Source: an uncultured Actinomycetota bacterium (GTDB taxonomy: Bacteria > Actinomycetota > Actinomycetes > Propionibacteriales > Propionibacteriaceae). Taken from it: DNA of 64,000 nt. A model generated the notes under the pieces. The model saw nothing but the letters and a program-made list of their open reading frames with translations, did not search any database and was not told the DNA's origin. The position numbers and the translations under genes were made by a program. Within the stretch, counting starts at the first letter, position 1. Each line of letters starts with the position of its first letter. The stretch lies in assembly GCA_963833925.1 (NCBI GenBank), contig CAWHZT010000017.1, positions 285,041-349,040 on the forward strand. The letters are read 5' to 3'. Below, piece after piece: positions 33,834-42,736 of this stretch.

Positions 33834-35287
33834 AGGAGAAGTCGATCATGGACGAACCGATCCGGCTGGGCCCGAATGCCCTTCGTGAGCTGTTCTTGTT
33901 CGAGTCGCTCGACGATGAGCAGCTGGCCTGGCTCAGCGAGCGGGGTCGCGTCGAGGATCGTCGTCGCGGCGACACGGTGTTCGGCGAGGGTGAGCCGGCC
34001 ACCTGCTTCTTCGTTCTGCTGGCCGGGACGATGTCGATGCATCGTCGAGTAGAGAACACCGACGTCGAGGTCAGCCGGACAGACCAGGTCGGGGTGTACG
34101 CCGGGGCGACCCAGGCATTCATGCCGGGCCAGAATCCGGTATACCTCAACCGCGCCACGGCCGTCACCGACTGTCGCTTCTGGGTGATCGCGGCCGACGA
34201 GTTCGGGGCCAAGATCCGGGCGTGGTTCCCGATGGCGACGCACATGCTCGAGGGACTGACGATCGGCATGCGCTCCAGTCAGGCCGCGGTGGGGCAGCGC
34301 GAGCGGCTGCTGTCCCTCGGCCGGTTGTCTGCCGGTCTCACCCACGAGCTGAACAATCCCGCCGCGGCGGCGGTCCGGGCGACGGCGGCGTTGCGCGAGC
34401 GGGTGAGCCGGATGCGCGGCAAGCTCGCCCACCTCGCGTCGGGCAAGGTGGACCCGGAGGCGCTGCGGGTGCTGGTCGAGGTGCAGGACGCCGCGCTGGA
34501 GCGAATGGCCAAGGTCGAGGAGCTGTCGCCGATGGAGGTGGCCGATGCCGAGGACGCGATCGGCGACTGGCTGGACGACCACGATGTGGCGAACAGCTGG
34601 GACCTGGCGCCGGCGTTGGTGGCGGCCGGTGTCGATCCGGACTGGCTGGACGAGGTCTCCGCCACGGTAGCGCCGGAGCTGATGAGCGACGGGATCCACT
34701 GGCTGGCGTACGCGTTGGAGACCGAGCAGCTGATGCGCGAGATCGAAGACTCCACCGTGCGCATCTCGACGCTGGTCGGTGCCGCGAAGACGTACTCGCA
34801 GGTGGACCGGGCCGCGCTACAAGACATCAACGTCAAGGAAGGCATCGTCAGCACATTGATCATGCTCGGGCACAAGATCAAGTCGGGCCCGACGATCGAG
34901 GTCGTCAAGGACTTCGCGCCGGACCTGCCGCCGGTGCCAGCGCATCCTGCCGAGCTCAACCAGGTCTGGACGAACCTGATCGACAACGCCCTGCAGGCCA
35001 TGCCCGAAGGCGGCACGCTCACCATCCGTACCGCGCTGGAGAACGACTGCGTGTTGGTGGAGATCGGCGACAGCGGACCGGGTGTGCCGCCGGAGCTCGC
35101 GAGCAAGATCTTCGAGCCCTTCTTCACGACCAAGCCGGTCGGGGAGGGCACCGGTCTCGGGCTGGACATCTGCTATCGGGTGATCACTCAGCGACACGGC
35201 GGTGATCTGCGGGTGGTTTCGGTGCCGGGCGACACCCGCTTCCAGGTGCGGCTGCCACTGGTCGCACCGGACTCGGTGCTCGGCTGA
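33830..35287 (+). CDS. Cytoplasmic sensor histidine kinase with N-terminal cyclic-nucleotide-binding domain
   Basis: LFLFESL..VFGEGEPA..FFVLLAG (cNMP fold); THELNNP, NLIDNA, DSGPG, FEPFFTTK, GTGLGL. Confidence 0.93.
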   Translation: MKEKSIMDEPIRLGPNALRELFLFESLDDEQLAWLSERGRVEDRRRGDTVFGEGEPATCFFVLLAGTMSMHRRVENTDVEVSRTDQVGVYAGATQAFMPGQNPVYLNRATAVTDCRFWVIAADEFGAKIRAWFPMATHMLEGLTIGMRSSQAAVGQRERLLSLGRLSAGLTHELNNPAAAAVRATAALRERVSRMRGKLAHLASGKVDPEALRVLVEVQDAALERMAKVEELSPMEVADAEDAIGDWLDDHDVANSWDLAPALVAAGVDPDWLDEVSATVAPELMSDGIHWLAYALETEQLMREIEDSTVRISTLVGAAKTYSQVDRAALQDINVKEGIVSTLIMLGHKIKSGPTIEVVKDFAPDLPPVPAHPAELNQVWTNLIDNALQAMPEGGTLTIRTALENDCVLVEIGDSGPGVPPELASKIFEPFFTTKPVGEGTGLGLDICYRVITQRHGGDLRVVSVPGDTRFQVRLPLVAPDSVLG

Positions 35288-35299
35288 CGATCTTGGCTG

Positions 35300-35382
35300 C
35301 CCCTGAGCCTGTCCCCACGTGCCCTGAGCCTGTCGGCACGTGCCCTGAGCCTGTCGGCACGAGCCTTGAGCCCGGAGAAGGG
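35300..35382 (+). repeat. 21-bp tandem repeat (CCCTGAGCCTGTCGGCACGTG, about 4 copies), REP-like family D
   Basis: Units at 35301, 35322, 35343, 35364. Confidence 0.85.
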
Positions 35383-35405
35383 TCCGTGCGCCTACGCTGA
35401 CCGGC

Positions 35406-36431
35406 ATGTCCCGCGCGTGGCCACCGCCTCTGCGACCGGGCGATCTCGTCGTTGCTGTGGCTCCGAGCGGCCAAGCGGATCCGGGCCGGGTCGCCCGCGG
35501 GGTCGCGGTGGTCGAGTCGTGGGGGCTGAGGGTGCGTGTCGCTCCTCACGTGTTCCGCGGCCATGATCGACTCGGCTACCTCGCGGCGCGTGACGCGGAC
35601 CGCGCGGCCGATGTCCAGCACGCGTGGTGCGATCCGGACGCACGCGCGGTGTGGGCCGTGCGTGGGGGGTACGGCACCCAGCGCATGGTCGATCTGCTCG
35701 ACTGGTCGGCGATGCGAGCGGCCGAGCCGAAGCACCTGGTCGGGTTCTCCGACATCACGGCGCTGCACGCGAGGCTGGGGCGCGAGCTGGACCAGGTGAG
35801 CATCCACGGCCCGGGCCTGGCTTCGGTCGACCAGCTGAACGACGCCGAGAGCGCTCGGGCGCTGCGGGCACTGCTGCTCGGCCAGCACAAGGTCTCGGGC
35901 GTGCTGGCAACCGGACGTGCTGCCTCGGTGGGCTCTTTGACGGGCCCGGGCCGCATATCTGGCGTGCTGGCCGGTGGGAACCTGAGCCTGCTCGCCGCCG
36001 ACGTCGGGATCGAGCCGCCACCGGGTGGGCCGGCGATCCTGTTGCTGGAGGACGTGAACGAGCCGGCGTACCGAATCGATCGGATGCTCACTCAGCTTCT
36101 GCGGGCCGGATGGTTCGAGAGCGTCGTCGGGATCGTTCTGGGCGACCTCGGACTGCCGGACGACACGCTCGTCCTCGATCGGCTCGGTGCGCTGGGCATT
36201 CCCATCCTGACCGGCGTCGAGGTTGGTCACGGCACCCGCAACCTGGCCCTACCACTTGGCGCGAACGTACTGCTGGAGATCGAGGCAGCGGCCGGCACCC
36301 TGCGCCTCTCCGACTTGTCAGCGGCTCAGGTTGCTATAGCGAGTCCTCACGCTGACAACTCGGGGCAAGGGGCACAGCGGTCAGGCGGCGAGGGCGGTAG
36401 GGAGCGGCTCGCCGTGCACGACGACCAGTGA
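35406..36431 (+). CDS. LD-carboxypeptidase (peptidase S66)
   Basis: VRGGYG, LVGFSDITALH, GGNLSLL, LLEDVNE, VGHG. Confidence 0.92.
   Translation: MSRAWPPPLRPGDLVVAVAPSGQADPGRVARGVAVVESWGLRVRVAPHVFRGHDRLGYLAARDADRAADVQHAWCDPDARAVWAVRGGYGTQRMVDLLDWSAMRAAEPKHLVGFSDITALHARLGRELDQVSIHGPGLASVDQLNDAESARALRALLLGQHKVSGVLATGRAASVGSLTGPGRISGVLAGGNLSLLAADVGIEPPPGGPAILLLEDVNEPAYRIDRMLTQLLRAGWFESVVGIVLGDLGLPDDTLVLDRLGALGIPILTGVEVGHGTRNLALPLGANVLLEIEAAAGTLRLSDLSAAQVAIASPHADNSGQGAQRSGGEGGRERLAVHDDQ
36308..36365. repeat. 58-bp degenerate palindrome, family A copy 2
   Basis: CTCCGACTTGTCAGCG..CTATAG..CGCTGACAACTCGGGG; same length and same 16-bp right arm as 19855-19912. Confidence 0.8.
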
Positions 36432-38420
36432 GGTGACCGCTCGGGTGAGGCAGACGTACAGCCGGCGAAGCCCGGTGATCTCGTCCGGCTCTCCGGCGAC
36501 GATCTCGGTGGGCTCGAGCAGCACCACGTGGTCGAACTCCAGGCCCTTGGCCAGCGTGGCCGGGACGAGATCGACCCGGGCGTCGAAGATCTGAGCGTCC
36601 TCGCCCAGCAGGTCGTAGCGGATCGCGGCCCGCTCGAGCTGCTTGCGGACCACCGGGACCGCGGCGTCGGCGACGATCACACCGACGGTGCCCTCGTTCT
36701 GCATCGTCTCGGCGACCGCCTCGACGAGGGTGGCCGTCTCGCGCGCCCGGAGATCCAGCTCGCCGCGGTGGCGGCGGACGGAGTGCGGCGGGGTGAGCGC
36801 GGGGGCGATATGGGGCAGCAGGCGTGCGGCGAAGTCGATCACCGCGCCCGGCACCCGGAAGCCGGCGACCAGTTCCTCGATGGCGGCGTCGGGCTGGCCG
36901 AGGTGAGCCAGCGACTCCTGCCACGATCGGGTCGCCCACGGTGTCGTCGCCTGGGCAAGATCCCCGAGGACGGTGACGGATCCGGTGCTGGCCCGCCGAC
37001 CGACGGCCCGCAACTGCATCGGGGACAGATCCTGAGCCTCGTCCAGGATGACATGACCGAGGCTGGGTGTTCGCGACAGCACGTCGGCCGCCTCGTCGAT
37101 CAAGATCACGTCCGCCAGACTCCAGCGAGCCGCGCCGACACTGCGGGGTGCCTTGATCATGGAGATCGTGGACTGTTCTTCCACGGTGAGGATCCCGTTC
37201 GCCGCCCGGGCCAGGAACTCGGCGTCGGTGAGCAGGCGCAAGATCAACTTCGAAGGGTCCAGGGTCGGCCAGCAGGACTCGGCGTACGCCTTCACGGGCT
37301 TGCTGCGGGCCACCGCATTCTGCACCCGATCGTCGGGCGAGTCGCCCGACGCCTCCATCTTCAGCAAGACCTGGTGCGCGAGTCGCTGCGGAAGCATCGC
37401 GCGACCAGCCTCGTACCGCACGCCGCGGCGCCGCAGTTCGATGATCATCTCCTCGACCAGATACGCGGCCACCCGCCACTGGTATGCCCCACGTGGCACC
37501 ACGAGCGACTCCTCGGGCACGCTCAAGTGACCCCAGGCTGCCCGCTTGATCACGTCCGCCATCCGAGCATCGCCCTTGATCAGTGCGGCCGGAACGGTGT
37601 CCACGCCGCGCACTGTGGCCGCATTGGCCTTGCACACAAGGGATTCCACGGTCGCCTGCGTGGCATCGATCTCTCCGAGGGCCGGCAGCACGTCGCCGAT
37701 GTAGGACAAGAAGCTGTCGTTCGGCCCGACGACCAGCACACCGGAACGGGAGAGCTGATCACGGTACGCGTACAGCAGGAAGGCGGCTCGGTGCAGTCCG
37801 ACCGCGGTCTTTCCGGTGCCGGGTGCACCCTGGATGCACAGTGAGCGCGCCAGATCGGCGCGGACGATCAGATCCTGCTCGGGCTGGATGGTGGCGACGA
37901 TGTCGCGCATCGGTCCGGTTCGCGGCCGCTCGATCTCGGACTCGAGGATGTCGGAGGTGCCGGTCACCTCGTCGCCGGCCAGGTCCTCGTCCTCGTATGC
38001 GGTCAGCTTTCCGTGCGCGAACCCAAACCGGCGACGGAGCCTGACGCGCATCGGGTCGGCAGGACTCGCGCGGTAGAACGGCAGCGCCATGCCGGCCCGC
38101 CAGTCGATCACGAGCGGTTCCCCGCCGGCCTCGCCGGTGACATGGCGCCGGCCGATGTAGAGCGTTTCATCGGCGTCGGCACCGAGCGCGGTGTCGTAGT
38201 CGAGCCGGCCGAAGAACAGCGGCACCTCAGGGTCGTCCTCCAGCGCCTTCATCCGCCGGTAGAGCACCTGCTTGAGGTGCTCGGTCGAGACGTGATCGCC
38301 ACCGATGGCGGTCAGCCCTGCGGTGTGCTCGCGCATCCGACGTAGCGCTTCGCGGGACTCGGTCAGGTGCGTACGTTCGTGGTCGAGGGTGTGGTCGGTC
38401 TCCTGGGTAGGGGCGGGCAC
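36381..38420 (-). CDS. helD: HelD/HelR-like SF1 helicase-like RNA-polymerase-associated ATPase
   Basis: LFFGRLD, YIGRRH, VIDWRA, DIVATIQPEQD, GAPGTGKT, ILDEAQD, KGLEFD, LYVCLTRA; GTG start after GGAGG. Confidence 0.88.
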   Translation of the reverse strand: MPAPTQETDHTLDHERTHLTESREALRRMREHTAGLTAIGGDHVSTEHLKQVLYRRMKALEDDPEVPLFFGRLDYDTALGADADETLYIGRRHVTGEAGGEPLVIDWRAGMALPFYRASPADPMRVRLRRRFGFAHGKLTAYEDEDLAGDEVTGTSDILESEIERPRTGPMRDIVATIQPEQDLIVRADLARSLCIQGAPGTGKTAVGLHRAAFLLYAYRDQLSRSGVLVVGPNDSFLSYIGDVLPALGEIDATQATVESLVCKANAATVRGVDTVPAALIKGDARMADVIKRAAWGHLSVPEESLVVPRGAYQWRVAAYLVEEMIIELRRRGVRYEAGRAMLPQRLAHQVLLKMEASGDSPDDRVQNAVARSKPVKAYAESCWPTLDPSKLILRLLTDAEFLARAANGILTVEEQSTISMIKAPRSVGAARWSLADVILIDEAADVLSRTPSLGHVILDEAQDLSPMQLRAVGRRASTGSVTVLGDLAQATTPWATRSWQESLAHLGQPDAAIEELVAGFRVPGAVIDFAARLLPHIAPALTPPHSVRRHRGELDLRARETATLVEAVAETMQNEGTVGVIVADAAVPVVRKQLERAAIRYDLLGEDAQIFDARVDLVPATLAKGLEFDHVVLLEPTEIVAGEPDEITGLRRLYVCLTRAVTSLVVVHGEPLPTALAA

Positions 38421-38622
38421 GGACGATCCTCCGATCGCTCGGTGGAGATGGACGGGAGTGCGGCAGGACACGCTACCTCCACCGGCTCGGGGCCGCCACC
38501 CGGTTTCCACACCCGGCACGGCCCCTTGGTCCTGGTCCGATCGTGACGAGGTGCTCTGGTCTGAGCGTGGTTGTTCGGCCAAGATGGACGAATCAGCTGG
38601 ACCGGGCAGGAAGGCACACGCG

Positions 38623-39540
38623 ATGACTGATCATCTGGTGGTCGGGATCGACGGATCCGATGAGAGCGCGGTCGCGCTGCGCTGGGCGATGGCGCAAGCG
38701 GCCCGCCGGGGCTACTCGGTCAAACTCGTCTATGCACTGCTGATCCCGGTCGTCTCCGACGCGTACGGGATGGTGATGACCCGGCCGGACGTCGACGAGC
38801 TCGCCGCCTACTCGAAGGGTCTGCTGCAGGCCGCGACGGAGGCAGCGCGTCGGATGGATCCCGATGTCGAGGTGTCGACCGCGCTGCGCGAGGGTCCGCC
38901 GGCGGCCGTGCTGATCGACGAGTCGAAGACAGCCGCAGGCCTGGTCGTGGGTACGCGCGGGCTCGGCGCGATCGCGGGCAAAGTGCTCGGCTCGGTCAGC
39001 GTCCGGGTGGCGGTCAAGGCGTGCTGCCCGACGTACGTCATCCCGCCGGAGTGGGATCCGGTGGTCTGCTCCGGAGATCCGGTGGTGGTCGGCGTCGACG
39101 GTTCCGACCACTCCCATGCAGCGCTGCGGCTCGCCATCGCGGAGGCCAAGCTCTGCGACGTTCCCCTGAAGGCGGTCATCGCCTATCACGTGGGCCGGCT
39201 GTCCCGGCCGGTCGAGCCCGATCTCATCGCGCAGCTGGATGCTTCAGAGCAGGCGCAGGCGAGGCACATCGTCGAGCACGCGTTGGACAAGGTCGGCGCC
39301 ACCACGGACGACGCCCTGAAGGTGGAGATCGAGGTGGTTGCGGCCAAGCCGGCGGAGGCGCTGATCGAGGCCGGTCGGGGCGCGATCTTGACGGTGGTCG
39401 GCTCCCGGGGACGGGGTGCGATCACCCGGGCCCTGCTGGGTTCGGTCAGCCGGACGGTGATGCAGGAGATCGCCCGACCGCTCGCGGTCGTGCACGCCAA
39501 GCGTGACCATGACGGGCCAGGGGGCGGCGAGTCGGTCTAG
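38623..39540 (+). CDS. Universal stress protein (tandem USP)
   Basis: VVGIDGS/VVGVDGS, VVGTRGLG/VVGSRGRG, LGSVS x2. Confidence 0.93.
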   Translation: MTDHLVVGIDGSDESAVALRWAMAQAARRGYSVKLVYALLIPVVSDAYGMVMTRPDVDELAAYSKGLLQAATEAARRMDPDVEVSTALREGPPAAVLIDESKTAAGLVVGTRGLGAIAGKVLGSVSVRVAVKACCPTYVIPPEWDPVVCSGDPVVVGVDGSDHSHAALRLAIAEAKLCDVPLKAVIAYHVGRLSRPVEPDLIAQLDASEQAQARHIVEHALDKVGATTDDALKVEIEVVAAKPAEALIEAGRGAILTVVGSRGRGAITRALLGSVSRTVMQEIARPLAVVHAKRDHDGPGGGESV

Positions 39541-39733
39541 AGCCCTGGGTCTGCTGGGTGGAGGCCGTCGCGACGCGGTGGGTCGCGTGCCCTGATCGGC
39601 ACGGCCGTCGCTTGTTGCCTCGCCGTCGGTCGCCGACATCGAGGGGGAGGGCTCAGACGCCCTCGCCGTACGCAGTCCGACCTCAGCTCCGACCGGGCCC
39701 GGGCCGCCGAATCGTTCCTCGTATGGTGAGCAG

Positions 39734-40300
39734 GTGTCCGATCCAGAGCTGGAACGTACGTACGTTCGCGTCGAGAATCCCGCCGACCGTCCGCGCAAGG
39801 AGCGCTCGACCGTCCGAGTGATCCTGATCGATCCGAACCAGGGACGAACCCTGCTGTTCGAGGACAGCGACCCCGGCGTCGTCGACAGCCGATGGTGGGT
39901 CACCCCAGGTGGCGGCATCGATCCGGGCGAGTCCGAGCTGGCCGCCGCGGTGCGCGAGGTGGCCGAGGAGACCGGATGCATTCTCACCGAGGATCGGCTG
40001 ATCGGTCCGATCGCGACCCGTCATGTGGTGCATGGGTACTCCGATCAGGTGATCGAGCAGGACGAGGCGTTCTACGTCGCCTTCCTCGACCGGTTCGACG
40101 TCGACACCTCCGGGCACACCGCCGACGAGAAGTTCACGATCTTGTCCAACCGCTGGTGGTCGCACGACGACCTCCGACACACCGACGAGTGGATCTGGCC
40201 GCACGAGCTGGTGGAGCTGTGGTCCCTGGCGGGCGAGCCCGAGCGCTGGCCGGTGCACCTCGGGGTGCAGGAGGAGTCCACCGTCCTCGACGCCCAGTGA
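39734..40300 (+). CDS. NUDIX hydrolase
   Basis: PGGGIDPGESELAAAVREVAEETG. Confidence 0.92.
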   Translation: MSDPELERTYVRVENPADRPRKERSTVRVILIDPNQGRTLLFEDSDPGVVDSRWWVTPGGGIDPGESELAAAVREVAEETGCILTEDRLIGPIATRHVVHGYSDQVIEQDEAFYVAFLDRFDVDTSGHTADEKFTILSNRWWSHDDLRHTDEWIWPHELVELWSLAGEPERWPVHLGVQEESTVLDAQ

Positions 40301-40363
40301 GCGTTCGCGGAGGCAGCTCTATCCGGGAATCCACACCTGCCACACGGCCCGCCGGCAACCTAG

Positions 40364-40425
40364 CTGCATACCTTGTTGAAGTCTGCACACTTCATGGAGT
40401 GCGCAGACTCCAACAAGGTGTGCAG
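40364..40425. repeat. 62-bp imperfect palindrome, family B copy 2
   Basis: CTGCATACCTTGTTGAAGTCTGCACACT-TCATGG-AGTGCGCAGACTCCAACAAGGTGTGCAG. Confidence 0.8.
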
Positions 40426-40439
40426 CGTTGCCTGTCGGG

Positions 40440-42089
40440 TCAGTCGGCGAGGGCGTCCTCGGCGTCCATGATGGTGTACGCGTAGCCCTGCTCGGCGAGG
40501 AATCGCTGGCGGTGCGCAGCGAACTCCGCGTCCACGGTGTCGCGGGACACGACGGCGTAGAACCGGGCGATCTTCCCGTCCGACTTGGGTCGCAGCAGCC
40601 GCCCGAGGCGTTGCGCCTCCTCCTGCCGAGAGCCGAACGCTCCTGAGACCTGGATGGCGACCTGGGCGCTCGGGAGATCGACGGAGAAGTTCGCGACCTT
40701 GCTGACGACCAGCAGATCGACCTCACCGGCGCGAAACGCCTCGTACAGCTTCTCGCGCTGCCGGACCGTCGTCTCGCCCTTGATGAGCGGCGCGTCCAGC
40801 CGCTCGGCGAGGTCGTCGAGCTGGTCGACGTACTGGCCGATCACCAGCATCGGAACGCCGCGGTGCTTCTTCACGAGGTCGACGATCACCCGGGTCTTCG
40901 ACTCGGCGGTCGAGGCCAGCCGATACTTCACGTCCGGCTCGGCCATCGCGTACGTCATCCGCTCGTCCTCGGTCAGGCTGACCCGGACCTCGATGCAGTC
41001 CGCGGGTGCGATGTAGCCCTGGGCCTCGATGTCCTTCCAGGGCGCGTCGAACCGCTTCGGCCCGATCAGGGAGAACACGTCGCCCTCCCGGCCGTCCTCA
41101 CGAACCAGGGTTGCGGTCAGTCCGAGCCGGCGACGCGCCTGCAGGTCGGCGGTCATCCGAAAGACCGGCGCCGGCAGGAGGTGTACCTCGTCGTAGATCA
41201 CCAGTCCCCAGTCGCGGGCGCCGAACAGCTCGAGGTGCGTGTGCACTCCGCCCCGCTTGGTGGTGATCACCTGGTAGGTCGCGATGGTGACCGGGCGGAT
41301 CTCCTTCTTCGCACCCGAGTACTCACCGATCTCTTCGGCGGTCAGCGTTGTCCGGCGCAGCAGCTCGTCGCGCCACTGCCGCGCCGAGACCGTGTTGGTC
41401 ACCAAGATCAGCGTGGTGGCCTGGGCCAGCCCCATCGCGGTGGCCCCGACGATCGTCTTGCCTGCGCCACAGGGCAGCACGACGACCCCGGAACCGCCGT
41501 ACCAAAAGGACTCCGCCGCAAGCTTCTGGTACGGCCGCAGCTCCCAGCCTTCCTGCCGGAGTGCGATGTCGTGCGCCTCGCCATCGACATAACCAGCGAG
41601 GTCCTCGGCCGGCCAACCGATCTTGAGCAGCACCTGCTTGAGCCGCCCCCGCTCGCTCGGGTGGACGATCACGGTGTCCTCGTCGACCCGGGCGCCGAGC
41701 AACCCCTTGATCTTGGCGCTGCGCAGCACCTCGGCCAGCACCGGGCGGTCCGTGCTGACCAGGACGAGCCCATGGGTCGGGTGCTTCTCGATCCGAAGCC
41801 GCCCGTAGCGGCCCATGGTGTCGGTGACGTCGACGAGGAGCGAGCTCGGCACCGGATAGCGGCTGTACGTCAGCAGCGCGTCGACGACCTGCTCGGCGTC
41901 GTGGCCGGCGGCCCGGGCGTTCCACAGCCCCAGCGAGGTCAGCCGATAGGTATGGATGTGTTCGGGTGCCCGCTCCAGCTCGGCGAACGGCGCGATGGCC
42001 ATCCGGCACTCGGTCGCCAGCGGATGGTCCACCTCCAGGAGCAGGGTGCGGTCGGACTGGACCACGAGTGGTCCGAGGGTGGGACTCAT
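40440..42089 (-). CDS. xpb: XPB/Ssl2-like DNA repair helicase
   Basis: GPLVVQSDRTLLLEVDH, LPCGAGKT, YDEVH, QRLGRLLRPK. Confidence 0.95.
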   Translation of the reverse strand: MSPTLGPLVVQSDRTLLLEVDHPLATECRMAIAPFAELERAPEHIHTYRLTSLGLWNARAAGHDAEQVVDALLTYSRYPVPSSLLVDVTDTMGRYGRLRIEKHPTHGLVLVSTDRPVLAEVLRSAKIKGLLGARVDEDTVIVHPSERGRLKQVLLKIGWPAEDLAGYVDGEAHDIALRQEGWELRPYQKLAAESFWYGGSGVVVLPCGAGKTIVGATAMGLAQATTLILVTNTVSARQWRDELLRRTTLTAEEIGEYSGAKKEIRPVTIATYQVITTKRGGVHTHLELFGARDWGLVIYDEVHLLPAPVFRMTADLQARRRLGLTATLVREDGREGDVFSLIGPKRFDAPWKDIEAQGYIAPADCIEVRVSLTEDERMTYAMAEPDVKYRLASTAESKTRVIVDLVKKHRGVPMLVIGQYVDQLDDLAERLDAPLIKGETTVRQREKLYEAFRAGEVDLLVVSKVANFSVDLPSAQVAIQVSGAFGSRQEEAQRLGRLLRPKSDGKIARFYAVVSRDTVDAEFAAHRQRFLAEQGYAYTIMDAEDALAD

Positions 42090-42673
42090 TCGACGGTGCC
42101 ACCGCCCGGGGCGCTCGTCGGGACCGGCATCGGGCGTGTCACCAGCCGGGCCGGCGCGTCGATGCTCTGGTTTCCCGCGGCATCCACGGCGCGCACCTGC
42201 ACGACCTGCTGATGCGAGCCGTCGTGGAACCACGGGACGACGACCTGGAGATCGGACGTGTCGGCGACGCGGAAACCGTTCAGCCACACCCGATAGCTCA
42301 CGACCCCGAGGTTGTCGGTGGCGGCCGACCAGCGAATCGTCAGTCCGCCTGCGGTGATGCTCGGGAAGGACAGGTCGCCGACGGCCGAGGGTGACTCGCG
42401 GTCGGGCCGCTCCGGCCCTTGGGCCTCCTGCGTATCCGCGCCCGTCTGCCAGCGCTCGCTCGTGGGGTCCACAACGGAGCTGCTACCCGTGGTTCTGATC
42501 GCCGTTGTTCCTTGTCGAACGTACGCGACCGGCTGAGTCTGCGGCTTCGGCTCGCTTCGCGGCGTTGCGGAGCGGTCGGGCGAGCCGCCCGGACTCGGCA
42601 CCAGGTAGAGGCCGGTGACCCCGAGCGCGCACACGCCGAAGACGAGGAGTCTTCTCATCGTGGCTGCGCGCAT
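42086..42673 (-). CDS. Membrane-anchored/secreted fibronectin type III domain protein
   Basis: N-terminal hydrophobic helix; LTIRWSAATDNLGVVSYRV..VRAVDAAGNQS. Confidence 0.8.
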   Translation of the reverse strand: MRAATMRRLLVFGVCALGVTGLYLVPSPGGSPDRSATPRSEPKPQTQPVAYVRQGTTAIRTTGSSSVVDPTSERWQTGADTQEAQGPERPDRESPSAVGDLSFPSITAGGLTIRWSAATDNLGVVSYRVWLNGFRVADTSDLQVVVPWFHDGSHQQVVQVRAVDAAGNQSIDAPARLVTRPMPVPTSAPGGGTVE

Positions 42674-42736
42674 CCGCTCATTCTAGTTGCGCTCGAAGGA
42701 TTTCCTCGACGATCGGGACGGCTGGTCGTGTCCCGA

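Noticed and set aside
36381-38420. Rifamycin-resistance helR call
   Set aside because: No RAE operator upstream and no other rifamycin genes; kept as a generic HelD-like protein
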